Part shown: positions 23,781-36,409 of the stretch, one piece after another | Layout of the letters: each line of letters begins with the position of its first letter | How positions within the stretch are numbered: position 1 is the first letter of the stretch | Assembly: GCA_013239625.1 (NCBI GenBank) | Contig: MU053352.1 | Coordinates: forward strand, 567,079 to 631,078 | Direction: 5' to 3' | From: Lama guanicoe | Lineage: Eukaryota | Length of the DNA stretch: 64,000 nt | The notes under the pieces: model-generated | The model's input: the letters and a program-made list of their open reading frames with translations, nothing else | The model's database searches: none | What the model was told of the DNA's origin: nothing | Position numbers and translations under genes: made by a program

Positions 23781-25049
23781 AAATGTTAAAAAAAAAAAAA
23801 GACCCCTGAACATTAAGTTAGAAGAGTAAATTCTGCAATTTGGGGCGTATCTGTGTATACGTGTGTAAGTTTACAGACTTAATGGTGTAACTCCCAGGGG
23901 GTATCAAGTCAGTAGTCAGAAGATCAGATGCTCGTGTGGGGAGATGGGAGAGAGACTGCAAAAACAAAGTAACACCTCTTAATGAATGAACCGAAGGAAT
24001 CAAATGTGGTCCGCAAACGTCTTGAGAGAGTAAATGAAACTTCTCTGTCCTTTCTGTGTCTGAAATCTGACTGGCGTGAATTCAAATTCACTTCGGATTA
24101 GTTGGTTTGACATCAGCTTTATTCCTTCATAAAACTTTTGAAACTTACAAAATTTTTTTTCTCCTCCTCCCTGAATTACTGCCTTCCTTCGAGATGCAAG
24201 CTCTCAGACCGAAACAGTCTCCCATGTCTATTTTGAGATTTGCCTGAGTCACAAGGTAGTCTTGGTGAATCACTGGGCTCTATCTCTCTCAGTTTACTGA
24301 GGCTGCCTGGGAACTGGAGCTGTCAGCCAAACAGGAAGACAGCCCTGCCACCTAACTCCAAAAGGTCTCAGTCATATGGATGTGGTGAGGTTTAAGGATG
24401 GATATAAATTGCTGCAAATGGATTTCCCACAGGATGGGGGATGGAGTGGGGAAGCAAACATGGTACTTAACTTCCTCTATATGAATTTGGGGGCCAGACT
24501 ATTAAACACAGCTGAGCAAAGATTCCAATGTTTGCATCACATGTGTTTTCAACTAAAGAGACCCCCTTTTCTGTATTCCTACTATATATGACAACCCAAA
24601 TCCCAAATATAAGCAAAGGCATGTGACTGATCCGACCCTGGCAAAGTTACACTATGAAAAAAAAAAAAGTCAGTGTTCATAAACATGTATAAACCAGCCC
24701 TTTTTCTTTTTCAAGAATGGGTATAAAGAGCTCCTTCCACCCGGATGCTCTTATCTGTGCCCTGCTTCTGGAGCTCCCCCTGGTCTGCAGCTAGCATGTT
24801 CTAAGTTGTTCTGCTTTAGTGACTATAATTCCAACCCCTCTGCCCCCTAATGATGCCTCTTGACAAAATTATTCTTTCTGTACTCACACAAATGGAAACA
24901 GAAGAGATGAAACGCCCCCGGGTGCAGCCAGCGCAGGTCTCAAGCTGAACCACTGCTAAGCACAACCTGAACTTTCCTGCCTCTCTTCACTTGGCTGAGC
25001 TCCTCTCTTGGCTCAGAGTTGTGATCGAGCTGGGCATAGGAGGCTTAGG

Positions 25050-25260
25050 ACCCAGGGGGCGCCTTTCGCTGAAAAAAACACCTCGCTGCAGCAAGCTGGC
25101 TGGGAAGCTCCCAGTTCTAAAGAGAGGCTGTTTACCAGAAGAGCGTAGCAAGGGCAGGTCTGACTGCAAGGCTGGGAAAGGGAGGCTGAGCCGCCGCCAA
25201 GGGGACCCCGGCTGGACCCTGGTTGGTCAGTCACCTGCGGGACGGAGGAGGTGAGGGAGG
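25050..25260 (+). promoter_or_regulatory. PIK3IP1: PIK3IP1 proximal promoter / 5' UTR with FOXO motif TGTTTAC (25129-25135)
   Basis: Immediately upstream of the ATG; the motif is seen directly; PIK3IP1 is a known FOXO-responsive gene; TSS not determinable. Confidence 0.5.
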
Positions 25261-25330
25261 ATGCTGTTGGCCTGGGTGCAAACGATTCTCGTCAGCAACA
25301 TGCTCCTGGCAGAAGCCTATGGATCTGGAG
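25261..25330 (+). CDS. PIK3IP1: PIK3IP1 exon 1 CDS (signal peptide)
   Basis: MLLAWVQTILVSNMLLAEAYGSG; GAG|gtgaga donor; 70 nt. Confidence 0.95.
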
Positions 25331-26060
25331 GTGAGATTACAGTCTTTCCTTTCTGCACCAACTTAATGAAGCAGAAACGGTAAAGCTCACTATTTCCCAA
25401 GCAGGAAGGAAGATGACAGGAAACGGAGCTTTTAGCAGGTTCCTGTTGTCCCATGAAAGCTTTTTTTTTTTTCTTCCCTTTCTCCTTTCCCTGCCAGGAG
25501 CTTGCAGCTCCATCTTTGCCATTAAGAACAAAGGCAAGTAGCCACTTTTTCCTTTTCCTTGCCTGTGGCTCAGGAGTGGATGGAACTTGGCGGGTTCATC
25601 TCCCCCACTCCTAAGTCCTGTTCTTTTCGGGGGCTTTGCACGGTGTCCCCAGAGCGCAGGCCCTTCTTCCCAGCCTCTTCCTGCGGCTCTCCCGCTGAGG
25701 GGAGTGGGAGTTTGGAGTCTCATCCAGGCAGCGGCGAGGCAGGTTCCCTCCGTTTGAGGCTCTCTTTTGCCTGACTGAATCGGGGCTTTTGTAGCATTCT
25801 CTCGGGAGGGAGTGCTGCCTGTGGAAGTGTGGCTTCATGCGCTGAGACGGGAACGCCAGAGTTTATGTAACATGGAACGACAACGCGGGGATGCCTTTCG
25901 GGTCTGGCTCCCCACCGACCCCAAACTCCCACCGTCTCCACAGAGGGCCCTGAACCCAGAGCTCCCCGCTCCCTCCTCCGAAGTGGCCACAAGTTCCAGA
26001 GCAACAACCCCTCGCTCTCGTGCAGTGCTTTCCGGCTTTCAGGGAAAAAAAAAAAAAAAA

Positions 26061-26125
26061 NNNNNNNNNNNNNNNNNNNNNNNNNNNNNNNNNNNNNNNN
26101 NNNNNNNNNNNNNNNNNNNNNNNNN
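26061..26125. other. Assembly gap (65 N) inside a poly-A tract
   Basis: N run flanked by A homopolymers on both sides. Confidence 0.99.
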
Positions 26126-26345
26126 AAAAAAAAAAAAAAAAGAAGAAAAAGCGACCGTTGTCTGAGTGCTGAGGGCCGGACACCGGCTAGGGGCTATTCA
26201 CGCGCTCTCTCCCTTCTTTTCCGGCCTCACAACAGCCCTGCGAGGCTCGGGCGGGGCTTCCCACGTGAGGGCAGGAGCTCCCAGCCGGGGTGGCCCGGGC
26301 TCCCCTGCCCGCCACTCAGTGTCCGGGGGCTCCTTTTCCTCACAG

Positions 26346-26462
26346 GCTGCTTCTGGGACAACGGCCACCTGTACCGGGCGGACCAGCCCTTCCCCGCGCC
26401 GGGCGTCCGCTGCCTCAACTGGTTGGACTTGCAGAGCGGCCTGGCACCTGCCCCCGAGTCTG
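26346..26462 (+). CDS. PIK3IP1: PIK3IP1 exon 2 (kringle, first half)
   Basis: cacag|GC; CFWDNGHLYRADQPFPAPGVRCLNWLDLQSGLAPAPES; G|gtgagt; 117 nt. Confidence 0.96.
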
Positions 26463-26546
26463 GTGAGTGCCGGTCTCGGGCGGCAGGCGGGCGGTGGTCG
26501 CATCCCGGCCCCGACCCCGGCCCATGCTCCTTCTCTCCCCTCCCAG

Positions 26547-26666
26547 GCGCCGGCAACCACAGTTACTGCCGGAACCCGGACCAGGACCCGCGCGGGCCCT
26601 GGTGCTACGTCAGCGGCGAGACCGGCGCACCCGAGAAGCGGCCTTGCGAGGGCCTGCACTGCCCAG
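26547..26666 (+). CDS. PIK3IP1: PIK3IP1 exon 3 (kringle, second half)
   Basis: Kringle signature NHSYCRNPDQDPRGPWCY; cccag| acceptor and CAG|gtaccc donor; 120 nt. Confidence 0.97.
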
Positions 26667-27578
26667 GTACCCGCCCGGGACCCCGCGCCCCCGGCTTCCT
26701 GGGAGCGGCCGCTGCACCCGCAGCGCACGTGCGGCCGCGCGACGCCGGCCGGCCCGGCCCCGCCCCCGCCCCGTCCGATTGGCCAGGGCTGTCTCCAGGC
26801 CGCGATCCCGAAGCCCATTGGCCGGCGCCGCCGCCCGGAATGACCTCATCCTCCGCGAGCGCCTTGTAAACAACGGTGGGAGGCGAGGCCCCGCCCCTCG
26901 GCCGAACTCCGGGTCCTGCGCGCCGCCTGGGGTGTCCCGGAGGCGCGGTCCCGGGCCCACGCCCTGAGCGAGTTCCTCAGCGTTTGCGGACCGTTAGTGC
27001 TGCGTTCTAGGCACTCTCCTCACAGCTCCCTCCCCACCATGCCCCCGGGAAGAGGCAGTTTGGGGGATTTGAGCCTCGGAGAAGTTCAGCGATTTACCAA
27101 AGGCAGGGGCAGCAGGGTCCATATTTGAGTCCAAGTTTCTTAGACTCCGAGGTGCAGGCTTGTAGCTCCCGGGGCAGCAAGACAGTTCTCTAGGATTAAA
27201 GGGGATATATAAGTATATAACATAGGGATTGGCATAAAGTGTGGGCTCAACACATGTGAGCTAACACAACATTGTAAATCACTATACGGAGTCATGGATT
27301 GTCTCCTGGCGTAGAGAAGGGACCCCTGGAGAAGACGTCAGCTGAGCTGGGCCTTGGAAGATGGCAAGGATTTGAACAGATGAAGACGTAGGAGGCAGGA
27401 GAGGTCCGTTGCCATGACCTTCCCCTCACCTGTGCCCCAACTATGGTGCAGCCCTTAGGCCTGGTCTTGCCTCTAGGGCAGGGCTTGATTTTGTGTGGTG
27501 GGCCTAAGATGGGTCCCCTTGTCTCCCCCAAAACTCAGGCCACTCTCTGATGAGAGCTGTTTCCCACTTCACCTCCAG

Positions 27579-27779
27579 AGACCACTTCCCAGGGCCTGCC
27601 AACCTCTACAACAGAAACCAAGGAGACGTCTGAAGTGCTCAGAGGAGACGAGGTGCAGGTGTTTGCCCCCGCCAACACCCTGCCTGCCCGGAGCGAGGCA
27701 GCAGCCGTGCAGCCAGTAATTGGGATCAGCCAGCGGGTGCGAGTGAACCCCAAGGAGAAAAAGGACCTGGGAACCCTGG
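27579..27779 (+). CDS. PIK3IP1: PIK3IP1 exon 4 (Ser/Thr-rich stalk)
   Basis: ETTSQGLPTSTTETKE...VQPVIGISQRVRVNPKEKKDLGTL; 201 nt; G|gtatga donor. Confidence 0.95.
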
Positions 27780-27872
27780 GTATGACTGCCCACCCCTGTC
27801 CTTGTGGGATTCCTCGTGAAAATCTGCTTTCTGGGGTGGAGCTAATGGGACCTTGTGTCTTGTCCTTGGCAG

Positions 27873-27951
27873 GCTATGTGCTGGGTGTTACCATGATGGT
27901 GATCATCATCGCCATTGGAGCTGGCATTGTCCTCGGTTACACCTACAAGAG
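27873..27951 (+). CDS. PIK3IP1: PIK3IP1 exon 5 (transmembrane helix)
   Basis: YVLGVTMMVIIIAIGAGIVLGYTYK; 79 nt; AG|gtcagt donor. Confidence 0.96.
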
Positions 27952-30900
27952 GTCAGTAGCTTCTATTCCGGGCTCTCTGCGAGAAGGGGAGGAAGGTACA
28001 CAAAGTCAAACCGGACTCCTTTGTGGCATCCTTACCCATAAAGGAAGTGAGGTGTTGGAAGAGGACCAACCCTTTCCTTTGGTGTCTTTACTCCTCACCC
28101 AAAAGCTTGTGAGGGAGGCTTACAAGTGAGGAAGCCTTCATTGGAAAGGTAAAGTGACTTGCCCAGGGTTACTCTGCCTGGGAGTGGCTAGATTCAAACC
28201 CAGCTCTTTTGACACCAGATTCTCTGCTGTCTGATCCAGATTGCCTGGCATGGAATTTAGTGGCCCTGTAGAAATTAGGCTGGGCTCCCACTGCAGCCTC
28301 CCAGAGATAGCATTCTTTCTGTGAGTTTTAAAATTCTGCTACCAGAAAAGGTTCCCAGCCACTGCTTTTGCAGGTGGGGCTTGAGTGTCCTGAGCCAAAA
28401 CAGAGGGATCTCCTCTAGGGCAGGAGAAAGTGAGTTAGAGGATAGGGAGCCTGTTTGCTATTCCTCACCACTTATAAGAAAGTCAGAGAGGCTACCTGGG
28501 AAACTCAGGGACGTAACCTGTGGCTGGACAGCAAGAAGAAGAATGCTTATTTTGAGAGGTCCCCTGTGATACCGTGTGAAACAGGCTCTCAAAGCCAGCG
28601 ACTGGTGCATGATGATAAGCTGGAGTCATGCTCATTTTTACAACATTGGTTGTAAAAACTCTGGGAAAATTACTTAAAAAATCTTGGGCAAAATCAGGGG
28701 ATTTGACCTCCAGACCTGAGTATCTGTGTTATTTCTCTTCTGTGGTCTGGGAAGGCTTCCTATACAGGAAGTTGACATGATGGCCTGCGTTTTCCAGTGT
28801 TGAGGACCATGCCTGAGCCCACAGCCCGTGGATCAGCCAGCATTAAATAAACCTAGGGTGCCCTTAGAGGTGATGTAGTCAAGCTCCTCATTTTACAGGT
28901 GAAAAGTTGGGTAAGAATAATAACAGCAGTAGCAGCAGTAGCAGCAGTCACAGTTAACAGAGGCCAGGCACTGCTTCACACCAGACACACACTGTAACTC
29001 CATTCTGACAATCACCCCTTATGGGGTAAGTGCCCTTATCACCCCCAGTTTATAGATTTGGAAACTGAGACAAGAGAGGGTATGTACTTTGCTTGAGGTT
29101 ACACACCTAGCATTTGGTGGATCCAAGTCTCAGCCCTGCCACTAACGAGCAGTCTCTGTGACTTTGGGCAGGTTGCTTCCGGTCCCTCCTCCGGGGCACT
29201 GCTGGGGCTGAGGCACATGGCTGCCTAGCCCAAAGCAAGTGGTCAGTAAACCATAGCTGTTTCTCTTTCCTGTAAAACGTGGGTGCTGTACCAGCCACTC
29301 TCTGGGCTTTCTTCCTTTTCTGATCTACGATTCAGGAAGCAGAGGTTAAAAGAGGTGAAGTATTGACCTGAGAGGGTCTCCTGACTCCCTGCGCAAGGTA
29401 GGTGCCCCAGTGGGATGGCTGATGTGGCAGGTAGGTCCAGGGGCACCTGCTTGCTTGTTTCAGAGAGTTAGAGGAAGTGATGGGGAGGCCCTGGCTGTCA
29501 GTCGTAGTCAGACCCAAACTGTGTTGGCTGAATTTAGCTCTTAAAATATGTCCTCCTTCGTCAGCTACTGGACAGCGGTTGGCTCTCCTCCAACCTTGTG
29601 ACAGTATCCAGGCCTCCAGGTGCTCAAACAGACTACTGAACGTCCTTAATTGCATGCATGCTCAGTTCTCATGCCCAGTGAGGAAGGCAAGGCTTTTTCT
29701 TCTAGATTTGCTCCTCTAGGCTGTCACAGAACTGCCTCAGAGCCTTGTATTTACTTTCCTGTAAACTCAGGGTGAGGCACCAAGTCACCAGAATCCCCGT
29801 CACTAACCACCGGACCACCCCTTTCCTCAGCAAAAGTGCTCTGAGCACAAGCCGTACAACAGGAAACCGCATGTGGGCTGGAGGCAAGCTCTCAGCTCCC
29901 ATCTCTGCCCAAAGTCAGAGAACAGGGTGTTCTGGAAAGTGCCAGTGTGTGCAGTCCTGCCACTCCTTTGAGCCTCAGTTTCTTGCCTATTCAATGGGCT
30001 GTATCCCACCTCCACACCCCGCCCCAGGCTGTCATAAGTATTAAATGTAACCAGTAGGACACCAATCAAGTTAAATAACCACTCTAGCAGCCAGCATTTA
30101 TCTCATGCTCTTAGTAAGTGAAGCCCCTCTGAATGCCCTTCCCTGATGGTCACGCCCGAGCTTCATGACCACACCAGAGGGGTCACTTTTACACTGTTCA
30201 CAGTGAGGAGTTGAGACCTAGAGGAGTTAAATGCTGTGTCTGAACTACATGGCCAACCAGGTGTGTCTAAGGATTGCCAGTATCTCCCCAAAGTCCAGCA
30301 AGGCCCAGGGGCTGCGTGCAGGCTTCGCTTTGGATTACAAAGGACTGTAGGAAAAATAGAAACTTTCCAAAAAAAAATAGCCAGCATCTAGTTCTGGAAC
30401 TGCCACCAGTTCTGGGTGTGACACTGGACAAGTCATTTACGCTCTCTGATTTCCTCATTTGTAAAATAGTGTCAGGGCAGGTTAGCTGTGGTCCTCCCCG
30501 CTCTAATATTTCCTGAAAAGACAGTATTACCTGCTGGTGGCTGCAGGCAGTACGGGGTTCAATCCCATTTGCTTGAACATCTCTGCTTCTGCCTCCCCGT
30601 CCCTGAAACAGAGATCCTAATAGACGCCGTATAGCTTGGTTGTGAGGATGAAATTAGCGTAGTCTGGGCATGCAGTTGGTGTTTGTGACCTCAGCTGCCC
30701 TGAGGAACTTGTCCTAAGTGGCCGCGTGGCAGGGCACTGCTACTGACTGAGAAAAGAGCAGTGGCTGAGTTATGTAATAGTTTGAAGAGAGCCGCGTTGC
30801 CTGAAGGAGGTCTCAGTTGCCTGTGTCACCCCCCAAGAGGAAGTCAGACACCGGCAGCAGCTCCGTCCATGCCTGCTCTTTCTGGCCAGCCCAGCTCCCA

Positions 30901-33877
30901 TTCCTGGCCCCGGAGCAGTCAGGGACAGAATTGCCCCAAGCCTTGGATGGAGCTAATGGATGGAGCCTTCTCCGAGCCAGGGGAGTGGGGCAGGGGCAGC
31001 CAGGCACCAGGCTTCCTTTCTGGGAGGAAGGGCGGCAGGCCTGGACCGGTGAGGGCTCAGCCTGGGAGATCTGTGTCTTGGTCGTCTAGGCCACCAGGTT
31101 CATGTGGCCGGTCTGCTGCTCCCTGCCCCTGCCCCGAGCACAGTGTCTGTGCTTGCTCCAGAGGGAGCATGTATTTTCTGATATAAAGGCAAGGGAAAAC
31201 CTAAGTCAGCACCACTCTGCCCATTTAGGAGGGAGCTGAGTCAGTGAATAAGTCTTTTGTTCTTTCATGGCTGCCAGACAGCAGCCTGGTTGCCCCCCTT
31301 GCCCCCCTAGGCAGCAAGAAGGGGCTGAGCCACCTGATGGTGGCCTCTCTCAGACCTCAGGAGGAGCTGGGGGCAGCCAGTGCACCTCCAGGACTCACAG
31401 GCACCATTAACAGGATGCACGTGGGGCTGAGTGTGTTCTGAGGCTTCTAGATGGGAGAGACTGTAACCCCAATGAGTCCCAGCACCTGCTTCCTTTACTT
31501 ACCCTGGGCTGCTCCTCCAGCCCAGCTCTGCCCCATTAATTGGCATTGATTTTTTACCCCCTAGATATTTGTGTGTGATGCAGCCTGACCGTCATCAACG
31601 GCTCTGCTGACCACAGCCAGACACTTCATAAAGGGGGTAGCTGAGGAGAGCGGGGCTTTGGAGACTCCAAAGCCTCAGTTTCTTCATCTGTAAAATGTGG
31701 ATGATACCTGCAGTCTTGCGGAGTTGGGAGGGACATGTATAAAATGTGTGGCATCCAGTAGGTGCACAGGCAGCTTTTCTGCTGATGATGGGAAGGCCAT
31801 TTCCTGGCACCTTAGTAGGTCCTCAGAAAGTGTGAGTTCCTGCTTTGCCTTTTCCTCCAGCCCCTTAGATCCTGAAATTCAGGCCTTGGCACAAGACACT
31901 TGGATGGTCTGCTTCGTTTGTGAATTGCCTTTTGGTTATCTGCTGGCTCAGGGGCTCCCTTAATAAAATTAAACCCAGACCTTCCTCTCCTGACATGGGC
32001 AGCCTTGATGAATCTAGCTCTTGGTTTCGTTACCGAGGCGGGTGTTGTCACGGACAAGCAGTGCCCGTGGGCAAAGTGAATCTCAGGCTGTGAGTTGGGG
32101 TGCACTTGGTCCAGACAGCCCTGACCCCACAGCCCTCCATGTCCCCACGGGGCACTCTGGGGGTCACTGCTACAGGAGCCAGTGGTGTCTGCTACTGAGC
32201 CTGACAAGAAGGATGGACAAGAGCTGCAGGCTTACACACTTGGGCACCCAGGGAGATGAGCTCCTAGGTTTGCCCTCTGTGACCTCACAGTGAGAAACGG
32301 AGTCAGAGCACACGTCCTGCAGGGGATCTCACAGGATGTTTGGGGCCCTGGAGGTTATCAGATCCAGCTCTGTTTCACAGATGATGAAATTAAGGCCCAG
32401 AGAGGAGGGGAGTGGCTGAGGTCACATAAACAATACTTGACTCAGGATAGAGTTTCCTTGGTAAACCAGATCAAGATAACGTTGCTTGGTGAGTCAAGTC
32501 ATATTCAGGCAGATTGTAATAGCTTTCCCTTGAGTTTTACAGCAGTTCCACTGTCTTTGAAATGCTTTCACATTCACTGTCTTATTTGGAGGCAGGTAGT
32601 ATATCACAATTTCACAGATGAGGAAACCAAGGCTCTGAGGCCAAGTGTCACACAGCCAAGGCTGGGCTGGTACTGGAGCTCAGGATAATGGGCTGATTTA
32701 AAGACAGTTCTGAAGCATCTGTGCAGACTCTTCCCTCTCCGACCACTGCTGTTTTCTCAGCACTTTCTCTGGTCTCTGGAGACTGTCATTGCAGTGGATG
32801 TGCACCCCGCTTCATCTCGCCATCTCTCCCGGAGGACCGCAGCAGGCCCGTGTTGTTGCACCAGATCATCCATTAGCTGCTTGTTTCCAGGCCTCTTTGC
32901 GGGTGGGAAGAGTCCAGGAAGATTTCCTCCTCTGACAACTGAGCCCATGTGTCCAGTTGCTGGCGTCAGAGGATGCTGACCTGGGTTCCGGGTACTGGTT
33001 CTGGTGTGTAGTGTGCTAGGCACTCACCAAACCCCACAGGTACAGCCAGAAGACTGGGTTTGTGAGTCTCTGTCCCATTTCTTTGGGATAGAACTTCTCT
33101 TGAGCATCAGCCAGAGTCCAGTGCCCACCTTGGGTTTGAGCCCACCATGTCATCCGGAGAGTTCAGCTTCTCTGGGCTATTTCCTCACCTGTAAAATGAA
33201 TGATAAGACCTAATTGTTAGGGTTCAGCAGAGAATGAGGTGAGATAACATACATCAAATCCTTAGCGTGGAGGGAGCTCTCCACCCGAGCAGAGTGGGCA
33301 ACACCATGGCCTGACTGGGTCACTGAGCCCCATGAGAAGTGGAAGGCATGTGAAGACTCAGGCCCGGTGGTCACTGTCTCAGTTTCCCATTGACCTGAGC
33401 AGCCCTCAGAGTCCTTTTTGTCCCCTGTATAGATTGGGGGTGGTCCCTGTTTCTTGCCAGGGCTCACACCTTCAGGGACTTTGGGGTGACAGCTGTCTCA
33501 GAACAGGATGGTCAGGTCAGTCTTCTGGACAGCACTGTGGGTGAGGGCTGGGAGAGCTCTCTGGGTCTTGTGGCACCTTGGGCTGAAGAAGCAAAAACTC
33601 TGTCTTGCTTTAAGAGTCTCCCTCCTCTAGAGTATCTTCGTGGAGCCCCACTGCAACTGTGTGGGGCGTGGCCCCCATTTTCAGATGAGGAAGCAGAGAC
33701 CCAAGGTATAGGGGCACCTTGTTGAGTCAAGGCAGTCTGGCAAACTAGAAATCTTGGACGCAAGCTCCTGACTGGCTGTGCCCACAGCTGGCCCCCCACC
33801 AGGCCTCAGGATGCCATCTAAGGAGCGGAGCCGCCCTGCAGGGGGTGCAGCCTGAATGCTTGCCTCTTTTCCCGCAG

Positions 33878-34082
33878 GGGCAAGGATCTGAAAGAGCAGC
33901 ACGAGCAGAAAGTGTGTGAGAGGGAGATGCAGCGAATCACCCTGCCCCTGTCTGCCTTCACCAACCCCACCTGCGAGCTCGTGGACGAGAGGACCGTGGT
34001 GGTCCACGCCAGCCAGACTCCGGTCGGCCTTCAGGAGGGCAGTGCCCCTCTCATGGGCCAGGCAGGCACTCCAGGCGCCTGA
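33878..34082 (+). CDS. PIK3IP1: PIK3IP1 exon 6 CDS (cytoplasmic tail with p85-like segment)
   Basis: cgcag|G; GKDLKEQHEQKVCEREMQRITLPLSAFTNPTCE...MGQAGTPGA then TGA; the six exons total 792 nt = 263 aa. Confidence 0.96.
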
Positions 34083-35610
34083 GCCCCCGACCCTGGGCAG
34101 GAGCCCACACAGACACTGGTGCAGGACCACCTACCCTCCTGTGGCTGGGAGGATCGACACTTTCTGTTGTGGTTAAAACCCCTCACTTTTTTTTTTTGGT
34201 CCATTTGTTTTTGGTGAATCCTAAGACACAAGCAGGGGCACTGTGGGCTGGAGTGAAGCTGGGTAGGGTCCTGCCAGGGCTCTACCTCCACCCCTTGGAG
34301 TAGGGTTTTGCCTGTGGATGAAGACAGCGGCGGCCCCCACTGCAGTGCTGCTGACAGGGGCTCCCAGACGTTGCCTTGCCCCGGAACTGAACCAGGGACA
34401 GATGGGGAGCTCCCCCAGCTCCCCTGTGCTTCATTGTCCAAGACGGCCTCAGCCTCAGCCTCTGCCTCTGCTGTTGTCCTCCGTGGGCTTGAGTGGCACA
34501 CACTGTTAGTCATAGTTCAGGTCAAGTCAGTCAGGAGGCAGCATTTTAAAAGTATATTTAGTTTTTTTAATATTTGGGATGCAATTCCCTACTGACCTCT
34601 GAGAAACGAGTCTGTACGAAAGTCAGAACTGTGGGTTGAGGATGGGGTTGAGGCGGGGTGGGGGGCTGTTGACAGTGATGTGCCTTGACAACCCTGGGCC
34701 AGGTGCAGGCCCAGGGACTCTTCCTGTTTCGAGAGGAAAGGAAGGGAAGAATCGCACTGAACATTCCAGAGGAAGAGGGTGGAGAAGGACCCACAACTGC
34801 CTCAGGCCATGGGGCTGTAGTGGACCTGGGATGCCCCAGACAGTATCTATTCAGGGTGGACCGTGGCCCCTGCATTTTTCAGGGGTGAAACAGCAGCTAG
34901 TGGACCTACCGGAATTACACTGTGGGTGGGGCCTTGTGAGCTGCAGCCGAAGAGAGGTTGACCTGGAAACCAGCTGAGGCAGGTGACAGATGCTTCAGGA
35001 CTTGTCCCTGCCGTGGTCTGGGTCTGCAGGTGTCTGAGGCCTCCAGGCCAGCGCCTTCCTGTGGGGTAGTAGGGCTAGGGTCACAGCCCTTAACTTGTAA
35101 AACAATCAGAGAACCATTGGAAGGGACCTTAGGGTTCCTCAAGCCTTTTGGATAGAGGGGCTCAGTGGGGGAAAGTGACGCTTAGGGTCACAGGGGAAGT
35201 GCTGGTGCAGCCGAGAGGAGGGTAGCGTTTCCCCAGGCACCTGCTGCACTGTTCCTGTGGCTTGGCAGGGCCTCCAAGCCCTGATGTCACACTTGGAGGC
35301 CTTAGCAGTGCTCCCTGTCCATAGACCTTCCTTCCCAAAGCCCTTCCAACTGCCTGATGTGGAGAGGCGGTTAATGGTACCCAGTCTCAGCAGGCTGTTC
35401 CTGGGAGCGATTTGCTGAGGGGACCTAGGCCTCAGGGGGTCCCTTAGTGGCAGCGATGCAGAAGGGAACATTACTGGTTTCTACTTTTCTATAAAAGCAC
35501 TTCTCTGTGTACATGTTTTATATACCTCATTCTGACACCTGCGTATAAAGTGCAGGAAATGGCTCTGCATTTGACTTACAGAAATAAATTTGGGGAAAAA
35601 AAAAGACTCC
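34083..35610 (+). other. PIK3IP1: PIK3IP1 3' UTR, AATAAA at 35583-35588
   Basis: Follows the stop; TGTA motif and AATAAA near 35510-35590; end approximate. Confidence 0.65.
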
Positions 35611-36409
35611 ATGTTGCCAAGTTTTTGTAAGGTGCCAGGAAACTCCTCCCAAAAGTTGGGAAGTTTTTGGTTACCTTGTCCACACCTGTGTGGCAAGCTC
35701 CTTCGCCCTGGCCCTGCACCTGGGAGGTGGCAACACCTGAATGCTTGGTAACCGCAGCCTCCACACAGTCATCACCAGGAATCTTTCAGGTTGAAGCCGC
35801 AGGAATGGTGGGGGTGCAGAGGCCCGAAGGGCAGTCAGTCACTGCGAATTCTCTCCCCTTCAGCATTCTTTCCGAGGTGGAGGTAGTTGAACATCCAGGC
35901 AGCCCTTGGCAGGCACTGGAGACCGGGGTGGGGGTGGGGTGCTGCCAAGGGATGGATGGGTGTGTATGGGGGAATGGGTCCTGGGCTCCCAGGAGCATCT
36001 CTGGGCTGAGGAAGGTCCCTGTGGGGGTGGCTCCTTGGGCTCCAGAAGCAGCTGCCCACAGGATTTTGCTGGGCTTTTAAGTGGGGATTTCACAGCAGGT
36101 TCTCAGCCTCTCAGGTACCCAGGGTGACCTCTGCCCACACCAAGACAGTGCTCTGCAGCTCTACAAGCAAGGGGCACCCTAGAGCATCAGTTTTTTCCAG
36201 GAACCAGATCCTGTCCTTAAGTTGGACTCTAGCTTTGGGAGAAATCACCTTTGGGTACATGGATACATACTGTGTCCAAGATCCCACTAGCCAGATAACA
36301 TCACCCTGCCCCTCCACAACAGGTCCCCTGTGCAGAAGCAAGAAGCACACCCTCCACACGCATCTCCCTGAGCCAAGCTGCAAGTCACTTTTTCACTCTC
36401 AGTATCATC

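Larger units (their letters stand above)
26150..27020. promoter_or_regulatory. Intragenic CpG island over PIK3IP1 exons 2-3 and the start of intron 3
   Basis: Very high GC and CpG density by eye; GC boxes, ATTGG boxes, E-box and FOXO motif. Confidence 0.85.

Noticed and set aside
26045..26148. Apparent poly-Lys/poly-Phe ORFs and a very long A tract in PIK3IP1 intron 1
   Set aside because: Artefact of a 65-N gap within a homopolymer; true length and content unknown
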